Shown here piece by piece: positions 9,281 through 18,214 of a stretch of DNA of 25,687 bases. Each line of letters opens with the position of its first letter. Position 1 is the stretch's first letter. The notes beneath the pieces are model-generated. The model searched no databases. It saw only the letters and a list, made by a program, of their open reading frames with translations, and was not told where the DNA came from. This DNA comes from a candidate division WOR-3 bacterium (lineage in GTDB: Bacteria; Hydrothermota; Hydrothermia; LBFQ01), in assembly GCA_027050205.1 (NCBI GenBank), contig JALUCS010000124.1, positions 1 through 25,687 of the forward strand, written 5' to 3'. The translations under genes and the position numbers were made by a program.

Positions 9281-11368
9281 CTAACGATACCCCTCCATCA
9301 TGTGCTTCAACCTCTCAACGTTCAACCTCGCCCTCGTGTAGGTTGAATCGTACCTCAGTATCTCCCGCCATATCTCGTACGCCCTGCGATACTCCCCCCT
9401 CTGATAGGCCTCCAGCCCCATCAGGTACATCCTGTCCAGAACCTCACGGGAGACCCTCTTCCTGCTCTTCTTCTGCTGGATACGTTTGAGCAGATCCTTC
9501 GCCTCCGGCATTTGGGCGAGACTGACCGCCTCCTTCAACCGGGCTATGGCCATCAGGGTGTCCCCCTTCTCAAGGTGGGAGACGGCCTCGGTGTAGAGCA
9601 TACGGGCTCTGGCCTTCTTCCTCCTGACCAGCTTACGCTTCAGGGCCTTCGCTCTACGGTTGTTCGGATCTTCCCTCAGGGCTATCTTCAGCAACCTCTC
9701 TGCCTCGTTGTACCTGCCGGAGGCTATAAGGGAGGTAGCCCGTAGGAGAATCTCATTGACGTACTCCCTGCGCATAACGTTGAGGTGCTTTATGAACCTA
9801 TTCAGTACTCTGCTGTTGCGTTTCTTCTGGATCCTCTTGAGGACGCCTATCGCCCTACGGTACTGCCTCCTCTCAATCAGGGATACGACCTCTCTGGCAC
9901 CGGGGAAGTTCAGGCGACGTATCTCTAACGTGTATATGGAGTCCCGCAACCTGCGTAGCCTCGGGAGGGAGTCCTCCCAGTTGAGGGCGCTCGCCAGACT
10001 GTCCATGCCGTTCAGGTATATCAGGGCCGCAGCGTAATCCTGCCTCTTCATAGATGCCTTCAGGCTATCCCTCAGGGACCTGTACCTTCCCCGGTTTATC
10101 CTCTCCATAAGGGCCTTCACCCTCTCCTCGTAGGACGTGTCGGGCGCCCATATGAGGGCGAGGTTGGCGAAATGTTCAGCATCGTCGTAATCTCCGGCTC
10201 CGGCACTCTGCTCCGCCTGTTTTATGAAGTATTCCGTCATACGCTCCTCCGTCCGGGCCTCCTGAAGGATAACGGCCAGCGTGGTGTCCGAGAGGACCTC
10301 AACCGTCCCGTCCTCCGGATAGTACCCCTTCGCGGTTATCTTGAGGGAATACTTTCCCTCCTTAACCTTTTCAAACCTGAGGCTTCCTATCTCGTCCGTT
10401 CTGCCGACCTTCCCACCGAGTATAACCGTCGCACCGCTTATGGGCTTTCCCTCCGTGCTTACCACCTTCACCCGTACGGTGTGCCTGTACCTGTACAGGG
10501 GCAGGGTGTAGGATATGGAGAACCATACGGTAGCGTCGGGCCTGAGCAGGACATCCCAGTAATCCGGCCACCTGTTGGAGTACCTGACATCCGGGTAGTT
10601 GCCCAGAGTAAGGAGGTGGTCGTAGGCGAGGGATACCGTCAGGCCCTCCCTTACGTAAGCCAGTCCCACCTTGACCCAGGAGGGTCCCCCAACCTCAACG
10701 AAGCCCTCACCGAGGAGCCTCAAATTCGGCAGTACGGAGAAGGTAGCGAGGTTGGAGACGTTTACGTCAAGGTCCGCCCCACCCATGTAGAGGTTGAGGT
10801 CGTAGGACCACCTCTTACCGCTCAGGGAAAGTATCCCGCCGAAGGCGAAGTGATCCGGTTCGTTGAAAACCCTAACAAGTCCCCTCGTAAATCTGTACCT
10901 CTCCCTGACGTTCCTTATCGGTGTGGTTGAACCCGTATCGCCCACGAGGGGCCCGTAATAACCCATCAGGCCTATACCTCCGAGTACGCCGGATAGTCTG
11001 AACCTGTAGGCTGACTTTAGCGTAAAGGTGGGGTTTCCGAAACCGTAGGCGTAGAACATCTCCCCCGTCTCGTTCAGGTTGAGCTGGTCGTACCTGAGCG
11101 GGGCAGATAAGCCTACCTCAAGGAACCTGTAGGATAGGCCCACGCCGAGGTAGAGGTCGGCGAAGAAGGTGTTGAAGGTCCTCGTGGGGGGCAGGGGATG
11201 GTCCACGGGAAGGTAGGAGTACAGCCCGGTGCCTCTCTCGTGGTCGTACCCAAGGCGTACGGAGGGGACGGTCAGAAGGAGGGTCGGTCTCTCGTAGAAG
11301 AGGGCGGACTGCGTCCTCTCATAGCCCGAAGTTCCAAAGATGCTTACGGAACCCACGGTAAAGAGCAT
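9281..11368 (-). CDS. Multidomain protein: N-terminal barrel-like region, PEGA/carboxypeptidase-regulatory-like domain, C-terminal TPRs
   Basis: Beta-rich N-half; GKPISGATV..TDEIG..GKYSLKITAKGY motif; helical TPR-like C-half (GLEAYQRGEYRRAYEIWREIL). Confidence 0.7.
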   Translation of the reverse strand: MLFTVGSVSIFGTSGYERTQSALFYERPTLLLTVPSVRLGYDHERGTGLYSYLPVDHPLPPTRTFNTFFADLYLGVGLSYRFLEVGLSAPLRYDQLNLNETGEMFYAYGFGNPTFTLKSAYRFRLSGVLGGIGLMGYYGPLVGDTGSTTPIRNVRERYRFTRGLVRVFNEPDHFAFGGILSLSGKRWSYDLNLYMGGADLDVNVSNLATFSVLPNLRLLGEGFVEVGGPSWVKVGLAYVREGLTVSLAYDHLLTLGNYPDVRYSNRWPDYWDVLLRPDATVWFSISYTLPLYRYRHTVRVKVVSTEGKPISGATVILGGKVGRTDEIGSLRFEKVKEGKYSLKITAKGYYPEDGTVEVLSDTTLAVILQEARTEERMTEYFIKQAEQSAGAGDYDDAEHFANLALIWAPDTSYEERVKALMERINRGRYRSLRDSLKASMKRQDYAAALIYLNGMDSLASALNWEDSLPRLRRLRDSIYTLEIRRLNFPGAREVVSLIERRQYRRAIGVLKRIQKKRNSRVLNRFIKHLNVMRREYVNEILLRATSLIASGRYNEAERLLKIALREDPNNRRAKALKRKLVRRKKARARMLYTEAVSHLEKGDTLMAIARLKEAVSLAQMPEAKDLLKRIQQKKSRKRVSREVLDRMYLMGLEAYQRGEYRRAYEIWREILRYDSTYTRARLNVERLKHMMEGYR

Positions 11369-11430
11369 CGCCCTGATATTATACGACAGATAGGTATCTG
11401 TGGGGATAGATTATCGCTAAAATCCCGCCT

Positions 11431-11436
11431 TATAAT
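11431..11436 (+). promoter_or_regulatory. Candidate -10 box of the yceI-to-pgs operon; divergent TATAAT at 11378-11383 on the minus strand
   Basis: TATAAT 6 nt before GTG 11443. Confidence 0.6.
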
Positions 11437-11442
11437 ATACAG

Positions 11443-11991
11443 GTGGCTTTAACTTTCCTCATCTCTCTGTCTGCTTCCTTCAAAGAGGGCTACGTTCAGT
11501 ACCACACGGTACTGAAGGCCTTCGGTACCGTCCCCGACCCCGTCAGTGGAAGGAGCGAGAATCTCAAGGTGAATGCGGGCTTCAGGGATGACGGCAGGTT
11601 CTACCTGAAGTTCAGGGTCCCCGTCCGCTCCTTCAGGTCCGGCAACACGACCAGAGACAGGGAGGTGGCCAAGATCCTGGGCTATCCGAAGCACAGGTAC
11701 ATACACTTCTCCCTCCTTGCGTATCCGAAGGACGCCATAGACAGGGTCCTGAACTCCGACAGCGGCACGGTGAAGGTGCGGGCCAGACTCAAGGTTAAGG
11801 GAAAGGCGAAGACCTATACGTGGAAGGTGAAGTACCGCTGGCTCTCGGAGAACCTCCTTGAGCTGAAGACCTCCCGGCACGTCAAGTTCACCGACTTTGG
11901 CATAAAGCCGCCCACCCTCTTCGGCTTCGTAAAGAGGGCGCCTGACGATGTGGTCGTGTCGGGAAGGATCGTTCTGGAGGTAAGAAGATGA
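11443..11991 (+). CDS. YceI-like lipid/polyisoprenoid-binding protein
   Basis: VPVRSFRSGNTTRD, YPKHRYIHF, LKVKGK, KFTDFGIKPP motifs typical of the YceI fold. Confidence 0.8.
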   Translation: MALTFLISLSASFKEGYVQYHTVLKAFGTVPDPVSGRSENLKVNAGFRDDGRFYLKFRVPVRSFRSGNTTRDREVAKILGYPKHRYIHFSLLAYPKDAIDRVLNSDSGTVKVRARLKVKGKAKTYTWKVKYRWLSENLLELKTSRHVKFTDFGIKPPTLFGFVKRAPDDVVVSGRIVLEVRR

Positions 11992-12581
11992 CGTGGTTGA
12001 TGCTTTTGTCCCTCTATGCGGGCGATGGGTTGGAGGTATGCTGTGATCAGGGGGTGAAAATCGCCCTCGCCGACGAGGAGAGTGAAGAGGCCGAGGAACT
12101 AATGCAGGAGGAGGCTTCCACCGGCGAGGAGATGGTGGAAGTTGAGGACGAAGGATCGGAGGAGGAGGAGAATGAGGAACACGAGTCCTACACCACCTTC
12201 ACCCTCCATCGCTGGATGGGGTACGGTATAATCCTCGGAAGCCTCGCCAACGTCGGTCTCGGTCTGTACGAACTCAACCTATACCAGAACGGTAAAGTTC
12301 CACCCGACCCCCTAAGGATAACGCACAGGGCAATAGGCTACACCGTCTTCTCCCTCTCCCTCGTCCAGTCCACCATCGGCACGTACAACGCCCTGAAACT
12401 CTGGGGTGAGGAGGAAGGGTCTTTCCGCCGTCTCGTACACGGCGTCCTGGCGTGGTCCGCCACCGGGGCCTACCTCTACGCCGGGTACCTCGGCTACCGG
12501 GGGTACTACGAGCAGCACCGGAACTGGATGTTGGTCGCAACGGGCCTTGCCACGCTGACGGGTCTGTGGATAATCTTCTGA
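11988..12581 (+). CDS. Membrane protein with acidic linker and 4 TM helices each preceded by His (cytochrome b-like)
   Basis: LHRWMGY, THRAIGY, VHGVLAW and QHRNWM each open a hydrophobic helix; ATGA overlap with the upstream gene. Confidence 0.6.
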   Translation: MTWLMLLSLYAGDGLEVCCDQGVKIALADEESEEAEELMQEEASTGEEMVEVEDEGSEEEENEEHESYTTFTLHRWMGYGIILGSLANVGLGLYELNLYQNGKVPPDPLRITHRAIGYTVFSLSLVQSTIGTYNALKLWGEEEGSFRRLVHGVLAWSATGAYLYAGYLGYRGYYEQHRNWMLVATGLATLTGLWIIF

Positions 12582-12592
12582 AGGGGGGAGGT

Positions 12593-13060
12593 ATGAGGTG
12601 GTTCCTTATTCTGATTCCGGCACTCCTCCTGATCGGGTGTGAGGCCGGGGAGTTTGAGGGGGAGGAGGAGTACGGCCCCAACCACGCCCTGATACGGGAG
12701 GCTGGCCTGAAGTTCAAGGCCGACTGTCTCTCCTGCCACGGGGGTGGAGGGTTCGGTGAAGAGGAGGGGCCAACGTTCAGGTACGCGGGGACAGTTTGGG
12801 ACAGACCCAACGGAGACCCCCTGCCCGGTGTGAAGGTCATCCTTAAGGCCGTAGGTGCCGGAGACTCCCTCGTCCTGACAACGGACACGTACGGCAACCT
12901 CAAGACCTCCTCCTCTCTGAGTACGGCTAAATACTCCGCGAGGGTGGAATGTCCCGGCGGGAAGGTACTGGCTATGAGGCTCCATTCCTACTACGGCGGT
13001 TGCAACGACTGCCACAGGCCCGGAGGGAAGGCCGGTAGGGTCCTATCCTGCAACAGGTGA
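12593..13060 (+). CDS. Diheme cytochrome c lipoprotein
   Basis: SD GGAGGT, MRWFLILIPALLLIGC lipobox, CLSCH and CNDCH flanking a beta-sandwich (YAGTVW..TTDTYGN). Confidence 0.8.
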   Translation: MRWFLILIPALLLIGCEAGEFEGEEEYGPNHALIREAGLKFKADCLSCHGGGGFGEEEGPTFRYAGTVWDRPNGDPLPGVKVILKAVGAGDSLVLTTDTYGNLKTSSSLSTAKYSARVECPGGKVLAMRLHSYYGGCNDCHRPGGKAGRVLSCNR

Positions 13061-13554
13061 GTATGAACGCTGCGTATCTGCACCTTTTAACCAACCACAT
13101 ACCCATCTTTGGGTTTCTCTTTGGGGCAGGCCTCCTGGCCTACGGTATGGTCAGGGGGAATACGGAGCTTAAGCGGGTGGCCGCCTTCGTCCTCCTCCTC
13201 GCCGCCCTTGGCACGGTGGTGGCCTACTTCAGCGGGCATAACGCCGAGGAGATAGTTGAACACCTTCCGGGGGTCCTTGAGGAAGCCATAGATAAGCACG
13301 AAGAGGCCGCCAAGTTTCCCCTCTACCTCTCCATCATAACCGGTCTACTCTCCGCCGTCTATCTCTTCCTCCCCTTCCGGTTCGGGGACTGGGCGCTCCT
13401 GCTCCTCTCCGTCCTCTCCCTCGGCGGTGGAATCTACGCCGCAAAGACCGGAGGCGCCATAAGACACGCCGCGGAGCAGGGCCTAACTACCTTCCCCTCC
13501 GGTGAGGGTGAGGGGACGTATCCGGAGAAAGAAGAGGAGGAAGATGATGACTGA
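13057..13554 (+). CDS. DUF2231-like 4-TM membrane protein
   Basis: HLLTNHIPI, SGHNAEE, HEEAA, GGAIRH pattern; acidic tail. Start at GTG 13057 or ATG 13063. Confidence 0.65.
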   Translation: MSMNAAYLHLLTNHIPIFGFLFGAGLLAYGMVRGNTELKRVAAFVLLLAALGTVVAYFSGHNAEEIVEHLPGVLEEAIDKHEEAAKFPLYLSIITGLLSAVYLFLPFRFGDWALLLLSVLSLGGGIYAAKTGGAIRHAAEQGLTTFPSGEGEGTYPEKEEEEDDD

Positions 13555-14752
13555 CCCCTTCGTTTTGAGCGTTGGGGGGGCCGCCCTGACGTTCATGGTG
13601 GCCGAGGCGGTCAGGTACCGCCTGCATTTGAGGAGGCTCAAACGCATCCCCAACCGCATACACGTAAACGGCTCACGGGGTAAGTCCTCCGTCACCCGCC
13701 TGATCGGGGCGGCCCTGCGGGGGGATGGCCGGAAAGTGGTCGTGAAGACGACCGGGACGACCCCGCGCTTCATATACCCGGACGGCAGGGAGGTCCCCAT
13801 ATTCCGCCCCGGAAAGCCCAACATAATAGAGCAGTTGAAGGTCGTAAAGAGGGCGGTTGAGGTCGGGGCGGATACCCTCGTTGTGGAGTGTATGGCCATA
13901 ACACCGGACTACATCCGCATCCTTGAGGAGAAGATAATCCGAAGCACCGTAGGGGTCATAACCAACGTGAGGGAGGACCACCTTGACGTCATGGGGCCGA
14001 CCCTCTACGACGTCGCCCGGAACCTCGCCCTCTCCCTCCCCAAGAACGGCATAGCCTTCACGGCCGAGGACAGGTGGTTCTGGGTGTTTGAGGAGGAGGC
14101 GAAGAAGAGGAACACGCGGATCATCAAGGTCTCCGCAGAGGACGTCAGGGACGAGGAGATGTTGGGCTTCCCCTACATAGAGCATAAGGAGAACGTGGCC
14201 ATAGCCCTCGCAGTGGCCAGACACTTCGGCGTACCGCGGGAGGTTGCCCTCCAGAGGATGTACAAGGTGAATCCGGACCCCGGTGTCCTGACGGAGACCA
14301 TCGTTGAGAGGGATGGCAAGCGGATATACCTCTTCAACGCCTTCGCCGCCAACGACCCCGACTCAACCGTGATAATATGGGACATGGTGAACCGCAGGAG
14401 GAAGGGGAAGAGGCTCGTCGTCCTCACCCTGCGAAAGGACAGGCCGCAGAGGACGGAGAGCTTCGCCAGGATAGTGGGTACCCGCATAGAGGCCGACCAC
14501 TACTTCGTCGTCGGCACCTTCACCTCCTACATCGTCAAGGCCCTCAAGGGGGCAGGCGTCCCCGAAGAGCGGATAACGGCCGTTGAGCATACCAACCCCG
14601 TCCCGGACCCGGAGGCGGAGGAGGTGGCCAGGAAGGTCGTTGAGGAGATATGGAAGGTGGCCGACAGGGAGAACGTCCTCGTCACGATGGGCAACATCGT
14701 TGGTATAGGCGGCAAAATCGTGGAAGTACTTGAAAAGGAGGCGAAAGTATGA
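13547..14752 (+). CDS. pgsB: Poly-gamma-glutamate synthase PgsB/CapB
   Basis: RIHVNGSRGKSSVTRLI, KTTGT, NIIEQ, VECMA, ITNVREDHLDVMGPT, NAFAANDPDST, GNIVG. SD GAGGAGG before ATG 13544/13547. Confidence 0.95.
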   Translation: MTDPFVLSVGGAALTFMVAEAVRYRLHLRRLKRIPNRIHVNGSRGKSSVTRLIGAALRGDGRKVVVKTTGTTPRFIYPDGREVPIFRPGKPNIIEQLKVVKRAVEVGADTLVVECMAITPDYIRILEEKIIRSTVGVITNVREDHLDVMGPTLYDVARNLALSLPKNGIAFTAEDRWFWVFEEEAKKRNTRIIKVSAEDVRDEEMLGFPYIEHKENVAIALAVARHFGVPREVALQRMYKVNPDPGVLTETIVERDGKRIYLFNAFAANDPDSTVIIWDMVNRRRKGKRLVVLTLRKDRPQRTESFARIVGTRIEADHYFVVGTFTSYIVKALKGAGVPEERITAVEHTNPVPDPEAEEVARKVVEEIWKVADRENVLVTMGNIVGIGGKIVEVLEKEAKV

Positions 14753-15201
14753 TACTTACGGAGGCTGTAGCCCTCGGTTTGGTGTTTTCCCTCTACTCTT
14801 CGGAGGTCCTCGGCTTCGTCGCCGGGGGTTTGGTGGTGCCGGGGTACTTCGTCGTAATATCCTCCCGGCCCCTGATGCTCATCGCCACCCTGTTGGCGGC
14901 CTTTCTGGCGTACCTGTTTTTGAGGATCATATCCTCCCAGATGCTCCTCTACGGCCGCAGGAGGCTCCTCGTCGCCGTCCTCCTCGGCTTTATCTTCTCC
15001 TACCTCAGCAAGTGGCTCGCCGTCGCCTACCCCTCCCCCATCCTCTTCCAGCTTCAGGCCTTCGGTTTCGTGATCCCCGGACTCCTCGCCTACTGGATGG
15101 ACAAGCAGGGCGTCCTCCCCACCCTCGGAATGCTCTTCGTTAATGTGGCCGTCGTGAGGCTCCTGCTCATACTCCTCCATGGCGGGGAGGTGGTGATATG
15201 A
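14749..15201 (+). CDS. pgsC: Poly-gamma-glutamate biosynthesis protein PgsC/CapC
   Basis: AGGLVVPGY, LYGRRR, GFVIPGLLAYWMDKQG motifs; directly follows pgsB. Confidence 0.95.
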   Translation: MILTEAVALGLVFSLYSSEVLGFVAGGLVVPGYFVVISSRPLMLIATLLAAFLAYLFLRIISSQMLLYGRRRLLVAVLLGFIFSYLSKWLAVAYPSPILFQLQAFGFVIPGLLAYWMDKQGVLPTLGMLFVNVAVVRLLLILLHGGEVVI

Positions 15202-16328
15202 GGATCTTCTTCAAGCACCGCTTAAACACGGCCGAGATGGTCTTCCTCGGGGTGGTGGGGGTGGTGGTGATAGCCCTCTCCGCCCTCGCCAGGACAACGG
15301 CCAAAGCACCCCTATACGACGTAAAACTATCTGCCGCAAGGCGCACGCTGAAGGCGTTTGAGATTCTGAAAAAAGAGAGGCTCCGCAGGGACATACCCAT
15401 AGACTCCGTGAACGACCCCGCCCTTAGCGGGCTTATAGGCTACAAGGACTCCCCCATAACTACGACCACCGGCGACCTACTGGCGAAGCAGATGACGATA
15501 AACCCCAACTGGGCGGCCCTGGTGGTGGAACTGTTGAGGGAGGCGAAGGTTAAGAGGGGGGACTACGTCGCCGTCCATATGACCGGCTCCTTCCCCGCCC
15601 TGAACGTCGCCACCCTGATAGCTATTGAGACCTACGGGGCTATCCCGGTCTGGGTCTCCTCCGCCGGCTCCTCCAGCTGGGGGGCCAACATCCCCGACTT
15701 CACCTGGCCGGATATGGAAAAGGTCCTGCGGGACAGGGGGATGATCAAAGGGGCCTCCCTACTCGTCTCCCTCGGAGGGAACAACGACGTAGGGGCGGGG
15801 CTGCCGGAGGAGGGCCGGAGGATGCTGCGGGAGGCCATAAGGCGGAACGGGTACCGTCTCCTTGAGGTCCTACCCCTGCAGAGGTCCGTAGATGCCAAGT
15901 ACTCCACCCTAAAAGGGGCGGCGAAGGGCAGGATAAAGGCCTTCATAAACGTCGGCGGAGGTGTGGCCAGCCTCGGATCCCACGAGGTGGGGGAGCTGCT
16001 CAAACCCGGAATAAACTGGCCCCGCACCTACACCGACCTATCCCTCTCGGACTACCCGGTTGAGGGGCTGGTGGCCAAATTCCTTAAGGAGGGCGTGCCG
16101 GTGATACACCTGCTACACGTCAGGACCCTCGCGAAGAGGTACGGACTCCCCCTCGTAGTGGCGGCCATGCCGGAGGTGGGGGAGGGGAGGCTCTTCTTTG
16201 AGGAGAGGTACGTCCTGTGGGTTCAGGCCCTCCTGTTGGTTGGCTACCTCGTCCTGGTCTTTCTGGTCGTTAACGGATACCTCGGAAGGTTCTTTGGAAA
16301 TCCGAGAAAGGAGGAAGAGACGGTATGA
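15198..16328 (+). CDS. pgsW: Poly-gamma-glutamate system protein (PgsW-type)
   Basis: DPALSGLIG..SPITTTTGDLLAK, TGSFPALN, SSSWGAN, SLGG, FINVGG motifs; N- and C-terminal TM; follows pgsC. Confidence 0.85.
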   Translation: MRIFFKHRLNTAEMVFLGVVGVVVIALSALARTTAKAPLYDVKLSAARRTLKAFEILKKERLRRDIPIDSVNDPALSGLIGYKDSPITTTTGDLLAKQMTINPNWAALVVELLREAKVKRGDYVAVHMTGSFPALNVATLIAIETYGAIPVWVSSAGSSSWGANIPDFTWPDMEKVLRDRGMIKGASLLVSLGGNNDVGAGLPEEGRRMLREAIRRNGYRLLEVLPLQRSVDAKYSTLKGAAKGRIKAFINVGGGVASLGSHEVGELLKPGINWPRTYTDLSLSDYPVEGLVAKFLKEGVPVIHLLHVRTLAKRYGLPLVVAAMPEVGEGRLFFEERYVLWVQALLLVGYLVLVFLVVNGYLGRFFGNPRKEEETV

Positions 16329-18175
16329 AGAGGTTTGCGTTTCTCATCTCCGCTTTAATTCCCGCCTCCCTGATGGGGGCGTGGGTTGATATGACGGATC
16401 TGGCCGAAGGGCCGAGGGCCACGGTCGGAAAGAAGAGGTACCTCCAGCTCTCACCTAACACACCCGTAAGGATCAAAGTAAAAAAGAGCATGAGCGTCAA
16501 GTGGAAGCTCAAATCGGACAAAGACGGCAAACTCTGGTACGTAAACCGCAAGAACGGGAAGCGGAGGGAGTTCCCCTTCAAGGCGGGTAGGAGCGAGATA
16601 AGGATGCACCTAACGGCCGGCACCTACGACTTCTACGCCTCGCCGGAGGCCATAGCCCGTATCTACAGGTACATACGCCGCCGCTGGAAACCCATCCAGC
16701 CGGAGGGGGGAGGGTACCCCGTCGTCCTCTTGGTAGGTGAGAACCGATACACCTACTACAGGGCGGACAGAGAGATCGTAGTTAAGGTCAAGGGACCGAC
16801 GAAGCTCTACCTGTTCTTTAGGGCCTTTATGAAGGACAGGCGCAAGGTCAAGGCCAAACTCAAGGTGTACGAGGGAAGTAAGCTGCTGAAGTCGGCCATC
16901 AGGACCCTCAAACCTTCAAGGAGGGCGGTGTTCTTTACGGGGAAGGACAGCTTACCCGCCTCCGTACCCCTCAAACTAACCCTGAAGGTTCCGGAGGGGT
17001 TACACCGGTACAGGGTGGTCGTCTCCGGCGCCCCTGGGGCCATAAAGCCCTACGTGCATAAGAAGAGATCCAAGAGAGGCGACAGGAACATCTTCCGCTT
17101 CACGGGTACGGATATGGGTATGGCCGGGTACGGCCCCATGCTCGCCTCTCTCAACGCCGTGAACTACAAGGAGGCGAAGGTGGAGAAGAGGAGAAAGAAG
17201 ACCAAGAAACGTCGTAGGCGTCGGAGAGCCTTCAAGCACCATTATGTGCGCATCGTCCCATCCGTAGCCTATCGCTCCTCCGACAACGTCTATCACTACA
17301 GCCAGCCCCAGATAGACACCTTCTACCTAGGCCTCAAGCCCTACAGGTACCCCGGAGTTGAGGGGATAGGGGACGGGATCTGGAGGCTCGGCGTATCCCT
17401 CACCTACCTTTACCGTTTCAAGAGGAGGGTCTTCGTCGGCCCGTCCCTCTACTACTCCCTCTACAGGTACGTCCAGAACCAGCAGCTCAACCGCAGTCTT
17501 TACAGGGTATCCCTTGAGGGCAGGTACTACGGCCTTCGGGCGTCTGTCTCCTACCTGAACATGCCCTTTTACGGCGTAAGGCCCACGTACACGGGGGTTC
17601 CGAGGACATACGAACTGCTCTCCTTCGCCTATACGAGGACGGGCCTGTCCGTCTCCTACATCTTCAAGTTCCTGACCGTAAGGGGTACGTACGGCTTCGG
17701 AAACTACGATTTCAACCCAACGTTTGACGTCTACGACGCCCGATTTCAGAGGTCGGGGATGGGTTTGACCTTCAGGTACTCCGTCCTCTCCGTAAAAGGG
17801 GACATTCTCTTCGGCAAGGTGGAGGCGACGAACCTCCCCGCCGGCACTCCCAAGGACTGGTCCCACGACTACACCACCTTCAAGGCGGGCCTACGCCTCC
17901 TCTTCCCCTACGCATCCCCCTACGTATCCTACAGGCACACAGTCCGAAACTACACCACCACCAACACAGCCGACTCCCACTACGGCAGGGAGGACAAGGA
18001 GAGCGACCTCACTCTGGGAATATCCGGAGACCTCCCTTACGTCAGGCCCTTCCTCTCCTACCGCATAAGAAGCCGCAGCACGACCGCCCCTGTGCCGAAG
18101 GTGGACGTCTTCAAGGACTACAGGGAGGCGATATTTACGGCCGGGGTAAGGGTGCCGGTGAAGTTCAAGTTCTAA
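16325..18175 (+). CDS. Secreted basic protein with C-terminal predicted outer-membrane beta-barrel
   Basis: Signal peptide MKRFAFLISALIPASLMGA, K/R-rich beta domains, polybasic linker, Tyr-rich alternating strands, terminal VKFKF; ATGA overlap with pgsW. Confidence 0.75.
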   Translation: MKRFAFLISALIPASLMGAWVDMTDLAEGPRATVGKKRYLQLSPNTPVRIKVKKSMSVKWKLKSDKDGKLWYVNRKNGKRREFPFKAGRSEIRMHLTAGTYDFYASPEAIARIYRYIRRRWKPIQPEGGGYPVVLLVGENRYTYYRADREIVVKVKGPTKLYLFFRAFMKDRRKVKAKLKVYEGSKLLKSAIRTLKPSRRAVFFTGKDSLPASVPLKLTLKVPEGLHRYRVVVSGAPGAIKPYVHKKRSKRGDRNIFRFTGTDMGMAGYGPMLASLNAVNYKEAKVEKRRKKTKKRRRRRRAFKHHYVRIVPSVAYRSSDNVYHYSQPQIDTFYLGLKPYRYPGVEGIGDGIWRLGVSLTYLYRFKRRVFVGPSLYYSLYRYVQNQQLNRSLYRVSLEGRYYGLRASVSYLNMPFYGVRPTYTGVPRTYELLSFAYTRTGLSVSYIFKFLTVRGTYGFGNYDFNPTFDVYDARFQRSGMGLTFRYSVLSVKGDILFGKVEATNLPAGTPKDWSHDYTTFKAGLRLLFPYASPYVSYRHTVRNYTTTNTADSHYGREDKESDLTLGISGDLPYVRPFLSYRIRSRSTTAPVPKVDVFKDYREAIFTAGVRVPVKFKF

Positions 18176-18214
18176 CGGGCGAACCGGCGAGGCTCGTCCA
18201 TAGAATCGCCGGCA

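Noticed and set aside
10172..10930. 252-aa plus-strand ORF and other long antisense ORFs (e.g. 14527-15180, 12274-12903)
   Set aside because: Antisense to well-supported genes; expected in GC-rich DNA; no motifs.
12452..12592. Longer starts for the cytochrome c lipoprotein (12452) and PgsB (13502)
   Set aside because: They overlap upstream genes; SD sites and the lipoprotein signal support 12593 and 13544/13547.
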